Below are positions 19,947-30,116 of a DNA stretch of 64,000 nt, one piece after another; position 1 is the first letter of the stretch, and the number at the start of each line of letters is the position of its first letter. The stretch comes from a bacterium (GTDB lineage: Bacteria; UBA8248), in contig OZ242260.1 in the NCBI GenBank assembly GCA_965207065.1, positions 1,920,001 to 1,984,000 of the forward strand, in the 5' to 3' direction. The notes below the pieces were generated by a model. It saw only the letters and a program-made list of their open reading frames with translations, had not been told where the DNA came from and did no database searches. Position numbers and translations under genes: made by a program.

Positions 19947-20450
19947 TCAGAGTCCCAAGTCCATCTCGATCCGCTTCCCGCGGCCGGGTTCGGGCGCCTT
20001 CGCGCGCGGCATTTCCCGTCCGTTTTTCATGCCCGGGGAAGAGGAATCGGCCAGCTCCCGCTCCGTAGTTTCGCGCTCGTGTAGCGCCTTCGCGTCGAGC
20101 CCGGGCTGCGGACGGACGGATTCATCGATGCCCTCGAGTGCCGAGATGCGCTCGCCGGTCACGGTTTCGAGCCGTTCCCTGAGCGCCTTCGCGTCGTCGG
20201 TGACGAGTTCGGCCCTGTCCCGGGCGCGCGATATCTCGACGTAAAACGCTTTCGCCGTGGTCAGTTGGGGGTGGTTCGCCTCCATCGCGGCGATGACGCC
20301 CTCGACCGTGCGCCCCTGAAAGGCGTGCACGGTCGAGGCCCAAGCGCGGTCGAGATGGCGCAGTTGCGGGTCGCCCTGGGTCAGTGTGAGCTTGCGGCCT
20401 TCCTCGAGGGTGAACATCACCCGTCCGTTCCGGACCCCCGAGACCTCCTC
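19947..20450 (-). pseudogene. C-terminal fragment of a TrwC/TraI-type relaxase-helicase
   Basis: HLDRAWASTVHAFQGRTV and FYVEISRARD helicase motifs V/VI; the 5' part is replaced by IS1380 sequence. Confidence 0.85.
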
Positions 20451-21521
20451 GGTGAGCAGAAGGGCACGGCCTATAACGGCCACTTCGGCTGCACCTGCTA
20501 TCACCCGCTGTTCGTGTTCAACCAGTTCGGCGACCTGGAGCGTTGCGCGCTGCGCCCCGGCAACGTGCACAGCGCCCACGGATGGCGTGATGTCCTGGTA
20601 CCGGTGGTCGAACGTTACAAGGGACGAGCCATCCGCCTCTACTTCCGCGGCGATGCGGCCTTCGCCTCACCGGAGATCTACGACTACCTCGAAGCAGAAA
20701 GCATGCTCTACGCCATCCGGCTGCCCGCCAACAAGGTGCTGCAAGAGAGCATCGCTCATCTCCTGAAACGCCACGTCGGCAGGCCGCCCAAGGACGTGCG
20801 CCGGTATCATGCCAGCTTCAGTTATCAGGCCGGAACCTGGGGCAAGCCCCGCCGCGTCGTCGCCAAGGTCGAGTGGCATCCGGGTGAGTTGTACCCGCGG
20901 GTTGGGTTCGTTGTCACCAACTTGGGCCGCCCCACCGAGCGGGTGGTTGCGTTCTACAATCAGCGCGGCACGGCTGAGCAATGGATCAAGGAGGGCAAGA
21001 ACGCGATCCGGTGGACACGCCTTTCGTGCCGCAAGTTCGACCACAATGCCGTTCGCCTCAAGCTTCACGGGCTTGTCTACAACCTCGGCAACTTCATGCG
21101 CACCCTCGCGCTGCCCGATGCCGTGGAACAGTGGTCACTGACCAGCCTGCGATAGAAGGTCATCAAGATCGGAGCGGAGATCGTGCGCCACGGGCGCTAC
21201 GTCACGTTCCAGATGGCCGAGGTTGTCGTTCCTCGTGACCTGTTCGCCGACATCCTGCGCCGTATCGACCGGCTCAGACCGCCGCCAGCCCCGGCATGAG
21301 CGATGGCATCCTGTTCCTTCGGGTCGCCGCCGACAAGATCGGTGCGCCTGGACCGGACCGGATCGCCGGCAAGAATGCCATTCCGGGCCACCAATGCCGC
21401 CACTTGGTGCCCAATCATCCGGATCGGCGCGAAGATGGTCGTCATTCGAAGGCGAATTGCACGTCGAGCGGTTTCGAGTCACACTCAATGGGCTGGGAGG
21501 GTTCCATATGGGGAATCCCGG
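20451..21521 (+). mobile_element. IS1380-family element, 5'-truncated; transposase pseudogene
   Basis: GTAYNGHFGCTCYHPL, FRGDAAF, YNQRGTAEQWIKEGK; in-frame TAG at 21153 with homology continuing to 21299; end-like GGGAATCCCGG at ~21521. Confidence 0.85.
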
Positions 21522-21586
21522 TCAACATCGGCCGTTAGCGCGAAAACGTCTTTCTGTCGAACACGTGGAGAGAGCAAAGGAAACCC

Positions 21587-22543
21587 ATGAATGAGTCATC
21601 CCAGAAACCGGACCCGGAAGAGGCGAACAATGCTCCGACCCCTAGAATCGTCAATGTGAATGACGACAAGTCATATGAGGATTTTGTGTACAAGTCGGTG
21701 CTGGCTACATGCAAGCTGTTCTACTTGCTGGAGTCGGTACAGACAGCACCGGATCTGAATCCGGATTCATTGGATTTTGCGCCGGGTCCACTCTCGGTGG
21801 CGTTGGAATTGCGGCCCGTGAACAAAGCCTCCGATCCTGCCAGCATATGGGGAGTGGAAGGAATGCTTGTGCAACTGGCCTATGTTGGCTGGATGGCCGA
21901 GATCGATGGCGCATGGACAAAGTACAGGGAATCTGAACCGCACGGAGACAGCGGCAACCTGAAACACGGCATAGAAACGGAATTGATGGGCGATTTCCGC
22001 AAGGTTCGCAACGATATAGTCAAGAATGGAGCTATTGCCAAAAGCCAGACCGGCAATTGCAAGGTTCTGAATTGGTTCAAGAAAGGAGAACCGATTATCC
22101 TGGGAGTACGCCATGTCGTCGACTTTCTGCACAAGCTGGGAGCGTGGTACGGAAATGACATGATCCATGCTCGGACAAGCAGTTGGCTGAAGTGGCATTT
22201 CCGTGCTGACGGCTGGAGGTCTTCCACGATCGTTTCGCATCGCGTGGAAATCGAGCAGCAAGACGGAATATGGCTGTTGCTTCTGAGCGTTGCATTCGCG
22301 GACGGCGTGTGTGGCTGTTACGCTATAGAGACCGCCAAGACAGCCGATGAATTGAAACCGCGGTACAACCGGTTGAAGGCTGCTGGATCATGCAATTACA
22401 GTCTTGTTCTTGACGACGGTGAGGAATTGCCACTTTTCGAGTTCCATGAAAAAGCCCGGGAGGATTTTCTGTCGGGTAAGAGGGTCAATCACCTGTGGAC
22501 GATTCCGATGAAGGTCCGCGACAGAAGGGAAGCCACGACATAG
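21587..22543 (+). CDS. Hypothetical protein
   Basis: 318-aa ORF with AAGGA RBS; no family recognised. Confidence 0.65.
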   Translation: MNESSQKPDPEEANNAPTPRIVNVNDDKSYEDFVYKSVLATCKLFYLLESVQTAPDLNPDSLDFAPGPLSVALELRPVNKASDPASIWGVEGMLVQLAYVGWMAEIDGAWTKYRESEPHGDSGNLKHGIETELMGDFRKVRNDIVKNGAIAKSQTGNCKVLNWFKKGEPIILGVRHVVDFLHKLGAWYGNDMIHARTSSWLKWHFRADGWRSSTIVSHRVEIEQQDGIWLLLLSVAFADGVCGCYAIETAKTADELKPRYNRLKAAGSCNYSLVLDDGEELPLFEFHEKAREDFLSGKRVNHLWTIPMKVRDRREATT

Positions 22544-22829
22544 TCGGCTTGTCCGCGGCGACGGGGCATCCTGCGGGCAACCCGATGCCGAACCAGTACG
22601 TGGTTTACGACTGAAGGTCATTCTCACAGTTCCTTGCCGAATCGTTTGCCCTCCGCCGAAGGCGATCTCGTTGACAGTCAGCGCCTCGTCGACGGTCTCG
22701 TCGGAGGTCTGGTGCTCGTAATGGGAATACAGTGTTCACTTGATGATGGGTTCTCTACGCTTCGTGCAGCCCTCGTCTGTTGGGGGCTTGGAAACAGATC
22801 ACTGCCGTTTGCGTCAGGAGGTATTGAGG

Positions 22830-23096
22830 ATGAACAACCGCAATCTGGTTCTGTCGGCAACCGAATGTGCGTACACGCCAACGCATGCATTGCTCGCCAA
22901 GGAGTCCGATCCGGACGCGCAATTCTCGACGTCTATCACGGTGTCTAGTGGTCCTTACGAGCCGACGGCAGCTATGCTTGCGAAAGAATTGCGATTTCGG
23001 AAGCGTCACATGTATTCTGTCCTGAAAGCCAATGCCGAACATGATCGCACCCCGTATCTGCCATCCCGAGAGATGCTCGCAAAGGAGGTGCGCTGA
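22830..23096 (+). CDS. 88-aa protein with three Y-x-P-[TS]-x-x-[LM]-LAKE repeats
   Basis: AGGAGG RBS; YTPTHALLAKE, YEPTAAMLAKE, YLPSREMLAKE. Confidence 0.7.
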   Translation: MNNRNLVLSATECAYTPTHALLAKESDPDAQFSTSITVSSGPYEPTAAMLAKELRFRKRHMYSVLKANAEHDRTPYLPSREMLAKEVR

Positions 23097-23173
23097 GACC
23101 GGCGGCTTCAAGAGAGCCTATTATTCGATGCACGGACCAGGTGGCCGGTTGAGTGCCAATGAGGGGGTAACCG

Positions 23174-24249
23174 ATGTCGATACGTAAGAGCGTACGCAAT
23201 CTGAGTGATGCCGAGCAAGACGAATTCGTCAGCGCAGTTCTCGCTCTGAAGAACGAAACCAGCACGGTCATGCCGGGTTTCAATACCTACGACACCTACG
23301 TCGCGTGGCACGTGCGTGCAATGGCGAACTCGACGCCGTGGGCGAGTGACGACCCAAACGATCCATCCCCCACCAGTCGCAATTCAGCGCACCGCGGACC
23401 CGCGTTCTTGCCTTGGCATCGTGAGTTCCTGCGTCGGTTCGAGGCCGATCTTCAGCGTATCTCCGGCAATTCGGACTTAGCGATTCCATACTGGGACTGG
23501 GAGAACGACAGCACGTTTCCGGCATTCCTCGGTGGGGACGGAGCTCCGCTATTGGCTCCGATCGGCCAACAAAGCCTCAGAGCCTCGTACTGGTACGGGA
23601 TCAGGAACCCATCCGGTACGTCAGGACGTATTTGATGGCGGTCGCCGAGGGACCGTTTCGGGGATGGCTCGACGATCACGGAAGCCCTCTCGGATGGCTA
23701 GCCGTCGACGGGAACGGAGCGGCGGTTGGTCCGTTGCAACGCGCTTTCGGCACCCAGGAAGTTGCTAGGCGGGATCCGGTCACGCGGCTGCCGGTTCTTG
23801 ACCCTGCAACCGGCCAGGTGGCCATGGGACCCGTCATATTGCCTACGTCCCAGGACGTTCAGCATGCACTTGGAATCGCGGAATACGACGCTCCTCCATG
23901 GGATGAGGACGGAAGGTTAGAGAGCTTCCGCAACGTCTTGGAGGGTTGGTGGCGCGGGCCCCGTTTGCACAACCAAGTCCACGTTTGGGTAGGCGGCTCC
24001 ATGGGTCCCGGTACGTCGCCAAACGATCCAATTTTTTTCTTGCATCATTGCAACGTCGACAGGCTGTGGGCTGAGTGGCAAAGGATGCACCCCTCGGCCG
24101 ACTATCAACCGCAAAGCGGTGGTCCACCGGGGCACAACGTGGAAGACCTGATGTTCCCGTGGGACGGAGTCAAGACGCCCGATACTGTAAGACCGCGGGA
24201 CATGCTTGATCTTGGAGGCGTCGTCTATGAGCCGCCACTAAGCCGGTAG
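23174..24249 (+). pseudogene. Tyrosinase (type-3 copper), frameshifted into CuA and CuB halves
   Basis: AHRGPAFLPWHR and IPYWDW in 23174-23635; LHNQVHVWVGGSM and SPNDPIFFLHHCNVDRLW in 23635-24249. Confidence 0.9.
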
Positions 24250-24340
24250 TAGTCGAGCGCTCGATTTACGCCCCGTTACCATTGTCTGAGCAGTCGCGGC
24301 CAGCTTGATCCGACGCATTCGCCTTCACCGCATGAGCAAA

Positions 24341-24386
24341 TGGGCCGGGTAGGCGGGGGCATTTCTGCGCCCCGCCTACCCGGCCA
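24341..24386. repeat. Fold-back copy of the group II intron domain VI end
   Basis: TGGGCCGGGTAGGCGGGGGCATTTCTGCGCCCCGCC is the reverse complement of 42045-42080 with one mismatch, and the stretch is itself palindromic. Confidence 0.7.
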
Positions 24387-24834
24387 GCGAATGGATGTAA
24401 ACGTTTATCCAAGCCGTGACGAAGTGGGCTTCACCATGGACCGCAAGTGCTTGGATATTTTGCTGAATTAGATGGTGCCGAAAGCATTAGTGCTGACTAG
24501 TTAAGTACGGACTGACTTCGAACTACCGCTGCTGGGGTATTGCTATCACGGCTTAAGTGAACGTTTACGAATGGATACCGACATGAACGCTCTAGGATGC
24601 GCAGAAGTTTGAATTCGCCCGCTTTCGTTTTGTTTACATATATCAGAAACCGAACTCTGTACTAGGTTCCCAAAAACCCAATATCCACAAAAGTTTCAAC
24701 AGACTACAAAGACTTCACCCCCGTTGAAAACCCCCCACTGACTCTAAACGGGCGAAAAATACCTATAGGCCTCAATATTGACCCCATTCAGATTCCTACG
24801 CATCTGCAACGGTGTTTTTCTATTGTCTGGACAT

Positions 24835-25530
24835 TTAATCAGTTTTCAAGTGTTCTCGAATTTGAGAAATGAGCTTTTCCCCTATCCAAGGAGGTTCAGG
24901 CGGAGATTGATTTAATGTCTGTTTTAATTTTTCGAACTTGATTTGCACATTTTTTTTTCGAGTTCGACATCTGGGATTCTCATTTGTGTGATTGTTCTCG
25001 AAATGACCAATACAACGTAGAAATCCATCCATTTCATTACTCATTTTATTCCACAGATTACTGGAATCATTTCCAATATAGAACATGAGAAGAGAACCTA
25101 TGGAATTCTTGCGCGTATCCCATTCTTCCCATGTTTTGTTGAATGTGAGCCTTACTTGCTCTTTTTGTTTCTTCATTATTTCCTGATCTTCTTTATTTCG
25201 GGGCTTGGCAAATAAAGGCCCCTCGATATCAATCATACTTCCGGCTCTACTCATTACTTGCCCCACAAGGTGATAAGCTTCATTCGCTATTTTTTCCCGC
25301 CCACGGAGATTTATCTTGTGGAGTTCAAGCTGATATTGACTACTTAATTGTATTATTCCATTTCTAAGCTCACGATCCTGTTGCCATCCTTGGAAGATAT
25401 TTGTCAAGATTCCCGCCCCGATACTTCCGATTAGAACTGTTATCAGTGCAGCGCAGACTTTGGAATCCAGAATTGTGAGGAATGTTTTCATTTTATGGAT
25501 AGCCCCGGCTTTAGCATTCTTCTTCCACAT
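24835..25530 (-). CDS. Low-GC hypothetical protein with one N-terminal TM helix
   Basis: ALITVLIGSIGAGIL hydrophobic segment; AT-rich; start uncertain. Confidence 0.65.
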   Translation of the reverse strand: MWKKNAKAGAIHKMKTFLTILDSKVCAALITVLIGSIGAGILTNIFQGWQQDRELRNGIIQLSSQYQLELHKINLRGREKIANEAYHLVGQVMSRAGSMIDIEGPLFAKPRNKEDQEIMKKQKEQVRLTFNKTWEEWDTRKNSIGSLLMFYIGNDSSNLWNKMSNEMDGFLRCIGHFENNHTNENPRCRTRKKNVQIKFEKLKQTLNQSPPEPPWIGEKLISQIREHLKTD

Positions 25531-25712
25531 CTCGTCGATGGCAGATTGCAGTAGAAGTATGGATGAAGATAAGCTGACGCAAGCGATGACCGCCGATTAC
25601 CTGCACGAGTGAATAGAGTGGCAAGTGCTTGTGCCTCAGAGTCATGACCTTTGATAAGTGACCGATTTTACCCACCTCACGTGCCGAGAACCAACAGGAT
25701 GCAGAGCCAATC

Positions 25713-27098
25713 ATGAACTCCAAAGACCTCTCTGAACTGATTGCGCTTGGCGAAGGTTTCACGACCGAGTTCAAACGCGCCGAGACATCCAGCTTGGGAC
25801 GGGAAATCTGCGCTTTTGCAAATGCCACCGGTGGTGTGATTCTGATCGGTGTAGAAGATAGTGGGGAGATAGTGGGAGTCGCGGACCACAACGGCCTGAA
25901 GTCCAGGGTGCAAGCCACCGCCCGCTCAGCGGATCCACCGGTTGCCATCGACGTGACGTCAGTCGACAGTGTGCTCTGTGTCAGGGTCCCGGAGCAACAT
26001 GGCAAACCCTATTCTTTCGGTGGCAGGTTCTTTATGCGCGAAGGTGCAAACTCTCAACAGATGTCGCGGGAGGAGATTCGCGAGTTCTTCTTCAAGGAAG
26101 GCCTCATCAGATTCGATGAGATGCAGTGTGGTGTTTTCCGCATCGAGAACGATTTGACAGACGAGAAGTGGGCGAAGTTCTCTCAACGTGCGGGAATACC
26201 CGAAGGACTGGAGCCTATTGCGACGCTGGAGAACCTGCATTTGCTGAAAGCCGGAGAGATGACAAACGCCGGGGCATGGGTGCTTGCCGACGACATCACT
26301 CGCTACACCTTACAGGCCAAAGTGATATGTGCAGTCTTTCGAGGAGCAACAAAAACCCACATCCTTGACCGCAGGGAATTCGACGCCGATCTTTTTTCTA
26401 TCTTTGAGGATTGTATGACGTATCTGCAGTCCAGGCTGAACACGGCTTTGATACCCCATGCCCTGGGAAGGGATGAACGTCTGGAGCTTCCCGAAGGCGC
26501 CTTGAGGGAAGCGCTGGTCAACGCCATCGTTCATCGGGATTATCGTTCCACCGCGAACGTACAGGTTCATGTCTTCCGCGACCGTCTGGAGATCGTGACG
26601 CCGGGCGGATTGCCGGCCGGGATGCGTGAAGAGGATCTAGGGACGAAGAGCGTGCCCCGCAACCCACTCCTGTTCGGTATGTTCTACCGCATGGGTCTGG
26701 TCGAGCAGGTCGGTAGCGGCATACGACGCATTCGCGAATTGTGCCGCGACTACGGGGTAACCGAGCCGACAATCAACGTCTCCGAGAATTGGGTGACCAC
26801 TATATTCGTGCGTCAGGTCGAACATGCGGCCTCGCAAGTACCCGACAAGTTCCCTGCAAGTACCCTGCAAGTCAGAAATCTCATCCGTTCTCTGGATGGC
26901 GAACGGACACGAGCAGAAATCCTTCAGAGTCTGGGACTCAAGGATCGGACGAATCTGGCCAAGGAATATATACAACCGGCTCTTGCCGCAGGACTCATCG
27001 AGATGACCATCCCGGACAAGCCCCGAAGCAGCAAACAGAAATATCGATTGACGGACAAGGGACGGGAATTGCAGGAGCACATGAAGCAGACGCGATGA
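25713..27098 (+). CDS. Schlafen AlbA_2 + HATPase_c_4 (RecG C-terminal-like) + HTH protein
   Basis: GEGFTTEFK, AFANATGGVILIGV, REALVNAIVHRDY, PRNP, MTIPDKPRSSKQKYRLT. Confidence 0.9.
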   Translation: MNSKDLSELIALGEGFTTEFKRAETSSLGREICAFANATGGVILIGVEDSGEIVGVADHNGLKSRVQATARSADPPVAIDVTSVDSVLCVRVPEQHGKPYSFGGRFFMREGANSQQMSREEIREFFFKEGLIRFDEMQCGVFRIENDLTDEKWAKFSQRAGIPEGLEPIATLENLHLLKAGEMTNAGAWVLADDITRYTLQAKVICAVFRGATKTHILDRREFDADLFSIFEDCMTYLQSRLNTALIPHALGRDERLELPEGALREALVNAIVHRDYRSTANVQVHVFRDRLEIVTPGGLPAGMREEDLGTKSVPRNPLLFGMFYRMGLVEQVGSGIRRIRELCRDYGVTEPTINVSENWVTTIFVRQVEHAASQVPDKFPASTLQVRNLIRSLDGERTRAEILQSLGLKDRTNLAKEYIQPALAAGLIEMTIPDKPRSSKQKYRLTDKGRELQEHMKQTR

Positions 27099-27242
27099 AC
27101 CTTTTCTGGTTTCACCTTGTTCCATCAAATGGACCCTGCTTTTCGCTCGGTGCGGATGCGAGCATCTTTCCGGCATCGCTGACACCTGTATCCGGTACAC
27201 GGGCGGCCTCGCCAGGGTTTTCCGGTGTGTGAGGGGGAGTGA

Positions 27243-27851
27243 ATGAAGCATATTGGGTTCTGGGCGATAATTGGCTTGAGCGTTCTCTATATCGCCTTTA
27301 TTCTCTTTTTGCGTGGAAGCGATGCCTGGCGCCTGTTAACAACAGGCGACCTGAACGAGTTGGGGGACTTCCTCGCAGGTTTTTTCACTCCATTGGCTTT
27401 CGGTTGGTTGATATACGGCTACCTCCTACAGTACAGCGAACTCTCCCTTCAGCGCAAGGAACTAGAGCTCACACGGGAACAACTCGCTAAACAGACGGAA
27501 TTGCTACAGGAGCAAGTAACAGCGGATTACCAGGATTCCATCCCCCATCTCACTATCAGAATCGTTAGATCCAATGATTGGTGGGAATGGAGAGTCGAAA
27601 ACAAAGGAGGCCCTGCGAAAGATATAAAATTACTGAATCTAAATGAAAGCTCAAAAGCCAAGATAGAGCTAAAATCCTTGGCACGTGATCAATTTTTCGA
27701 TTTCACAGTTTCTGAAATCAGCAACCCCATCAGATATGAGGCGCGTTTCAGCTCGGACCGCTCAGAAATGTTTCATCAAACCTGGGAGATCGGGAGTGGC
27801 AAGTGTAGGGAAATCACGGAAGGGCCGGAGCGGCTTGATGAAGATCGATAG
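27243..27851 (+). CDS. Two-TM coiled-coil membrane protein
   Basis: LNELGDFLAGFFTPLAFGWLIYGY followed by LQRKELELTREQL. Confidence 0.75.
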   Translation: MKHIGFWAIIGLSVLYIAFILFLRGSDAWRLLTTGDLNELGDFLAGFFTPLAFGWLIYGYLLQYSELSLQRKELELTREQLAKQTELLQEQVTADYQDSIPHLTIRIVRSNDWWEWRVENKGGPAKDIKLLNLNESSKAKIELKSLARDQFFDFTVSEISNPIRYEARFSSDRSEMFHQTWEIGSGKCREITEGPERLDEDR

Positions 27852-27950
27852 GAACCGCCAACCGACGAATAACAACCCCGCGCGGCCAAGGGATCGGCTA
27901 CCACGCCGGATGAGCACTCTTCAAATTCCATTTCTTGTAGTGGCATCCTT

Positions 27951-28535
27951 TTAAAACCACGCGTCATTCATCCGCCAGTAGTATTTCGTCCCCTTGAGCG
28001 CGGCGTTCTCTTTTGCGCAATCCCACGGCGTTTTGCCCTCTTTGTCCCCACACGCGCCGTAGCTCAAGCCTTGCGCGTATTCCGTGACTTCGCCACGACT
28101 GAGACTCTCGACCGACCAGCGCCCCGCCTCCTGGTCGGGCGCGGCCAGCGCCACCCGGGCGCCGCAAATCTCCAACACCGTCTCGGCACCATTTCGCCCA
28201 TAAAAATCGCGGAGGGTGGATATCACCTGGATACCCAGCATGTAACACTCCCGAACTGACGCGATTCGGCGAGACCGGGTTGTAAGGTCGGCACCTAGTG
28301 TAGGGTGGGGAGTTCATCCAGCACAATCCATATCCTGCGCCCATCATCCTGACCCAGGGACAAAGCGCGTTCACGGCGATCTCGAACCAGATCGAGATGA
28401 GACCCCGGAGACTCGTATGTTGATCCCCTCGCGATGTCAGGAACTGTAAGCCGGTCTCGTCCTCGCGCTCCACCCACTCCCTTATGGAAAAGGCAACACC
28501 TAAGTCGGGGAGGCACTCGAGCGCGCCCAGGTGCG
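27951..28535 (-). pseudogene. Type IV coupling protein (TraD/TrwB) fragment joined to an ankyrin-protein-like tail
   Basis: FSIREWV, RRIWIVLDELPTLH and LGIQ...YGRNGAET across shifted frames; ends GKTPWDCAKENAALKGTKYYWRMND. Confidence 0.7.
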
Positions 28536-28895
28536 CTGTCAGCATGGGGAACCTGGACACGAACCGGGCTGACCCCCGTCAACACCTTCCGCGACGGCAG
28601 ATAACCGTTGCGTACCACCGCGCGACGTCCCCGCGCGTGACGCTCGGCCGAATGCTCCACGAGGAAGGCCCCCAACTCCACTGCCACCGCCTAGCGGATG
28701 ATTCGTTGCGCGCCCTCGCGCACCAAGTCGCTCAATTCGTCCCGATAGGCTGGATTCGTAATGGGAATCGTTGTATCTTTGTGGATGGTGGCGCATCTTC
28801 TGTGTGCTGCATGACCGGGCTTCTGACAACCCTATTTCAGCAGGAATGTGGCGCCTTCTTCAATTCAGCCCATACACCAGACCTGAGTGTAACTC
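28536..28895 (-). mobile_element. IS256-family left-end fragment
   Basis: GRRAVVRNGYLPSRKVLTGVSPVRVQVP N-terminal motif, then truncated. Confidence 0.7.
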
Positions 28896-28970
28896 GGTTA
28901 ATCGAGAATCCACCCAGAAGATTCATCATTTTTCCGAGTGCAAATTATGTGGTCCGAAGGAAGAAACCCA

Positions 28971-29339
28971 ATGAAGACTATCCTCAGCGCGCTCGCATTG
29001 TGTGGGATGATGGTGCTTACGGCTGAAACGATAAGTGCTCAATCGTTCCGAGGACCTGCAAATGCAGACAAAGATAGTTGCTACAACACTATTGGCAAAT
29101 GCATATTTGCAAAATCAAAAACTAAGTCAAATGGGCAGGTTCTGCTAAAGATCACAAACAATTGCCGTGGCCGTGTATACATAAAATATCCGACTGGAAC
29201 GATCCACCAGATTTTGATTAATGGCCGGCGGCCGGGGTCCGGCTCTACGGCGGGCGCGCTCGAAAGGGAGGATAACCATGAAGTCTTCGATACTTGTGAT
29301 CTTCTTTTGCGTCATATGCATCTCGGCGATGCAGATTAG
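28971..29339 (+). CDS. Small secreted Cys-containing protein, probably truncated or chimeric
   Basis: MKTILSALALCGMMVLTA signal-like N-terminus. Confidence 0.4.
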   Translation: MKTILSALALCGMMVLTAETISAQSFRGPANADKDSCYNTIGKCIFAKSKTKSNGQVLLKITNNCRGRVYIKYPTGTIHQILINGRRPGSGSTAGALEREDNHEVFDTCDLLLRHMHLGDAD

Positions 29340-29586
29340 TGATGCACGAGCGAATGAAGATCACGACGCAGCAATGAACTCCGGAATTGCGGCTGGAGCG
29401 ACCGCCGGCGCTGCGTTGGGTACTGGAATCGGGTTCTTAGCAGGACCGTTAGGAGCAGTGGTAGGGGGAATTATAGGGGCAGGAGCGGGAGCTATTTTGG
29501 CTATTGAGGGGAATCGCAGGTATGGAAGATCGATCAAGAAGAGGCGGCTCAGGCAACATCTCTGTCCAACTCCAAATCCCTGCTAA
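29278..29586 (+). CDS. Secreted glycine-zipper peptide
   Basis: GGAGG RBS; signal peptide ending ARA; GAALGTGIGFLAGPLGAVVGGIIGAGAG; cationic tail. Confidence 0.65.
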   Translation: MKSSILVIFFCVICISAMQISDARANEDHDAAMNSGIAAGATAGAALGTGIGFLAGPLGAVVGGIIGAGAGAILAIEGNRRYGRSIKKRRLRQHLCPTPNPC

Positions 29587-30116
29587 TTTCGCGACACTTT
29601 CCTACATAAATCCCCTTGTTTGGGGAATTATATACGAAAGTACCGAAAGGAGATGGGTTCAAACAACTTTTAGTGGTAAATATTTCAATCCGTCGTAATA
29701 TCAATATTCGTGATTATAATAAGGCCATTATTTTCAAGGAACTTTAATATTTCTACTTCCTGGTCAGACACACTGATCATTCCTTCTAGATTCGACTCAT
29801 CAATTGATTCTTTCGTCATGGACTTTTCGTTTTGCACCGAGACTTTATTCGCTACGCCGAACAACATAAAAAAGAACATGGAGGCGATAAAAGGCCGACA
29901 TCAAGAAACTATGGCGGCGCTGCTGGCTCGGCGCGATGCGCGAATCGAACAGCACCGGGAAACGATAAAGATGATGGAACACCGACATCAGTAATCGATG
30001 AAGGCGCTCGAAGGTCAAAACAACGCGATGATGAAATTCATCCGGCGTACGTCGGCGTAGTCTGCGCGAGGGGATGGGTGAGGGGGGGGGGAGAAACCCT
30101 TTCACACAAGTTTTTT

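Noticed and set aside
24473-24484. tRNA-derived att core (TGGTGCCGAAAG)
   Set aside because: Too short, and no matching tRNA in the window.
30020-30116. Third integrase-tail fragment closing the DUF2971 cassette
   Set aside because: Only a faint RRTSA resemblance; not supportable by eye.
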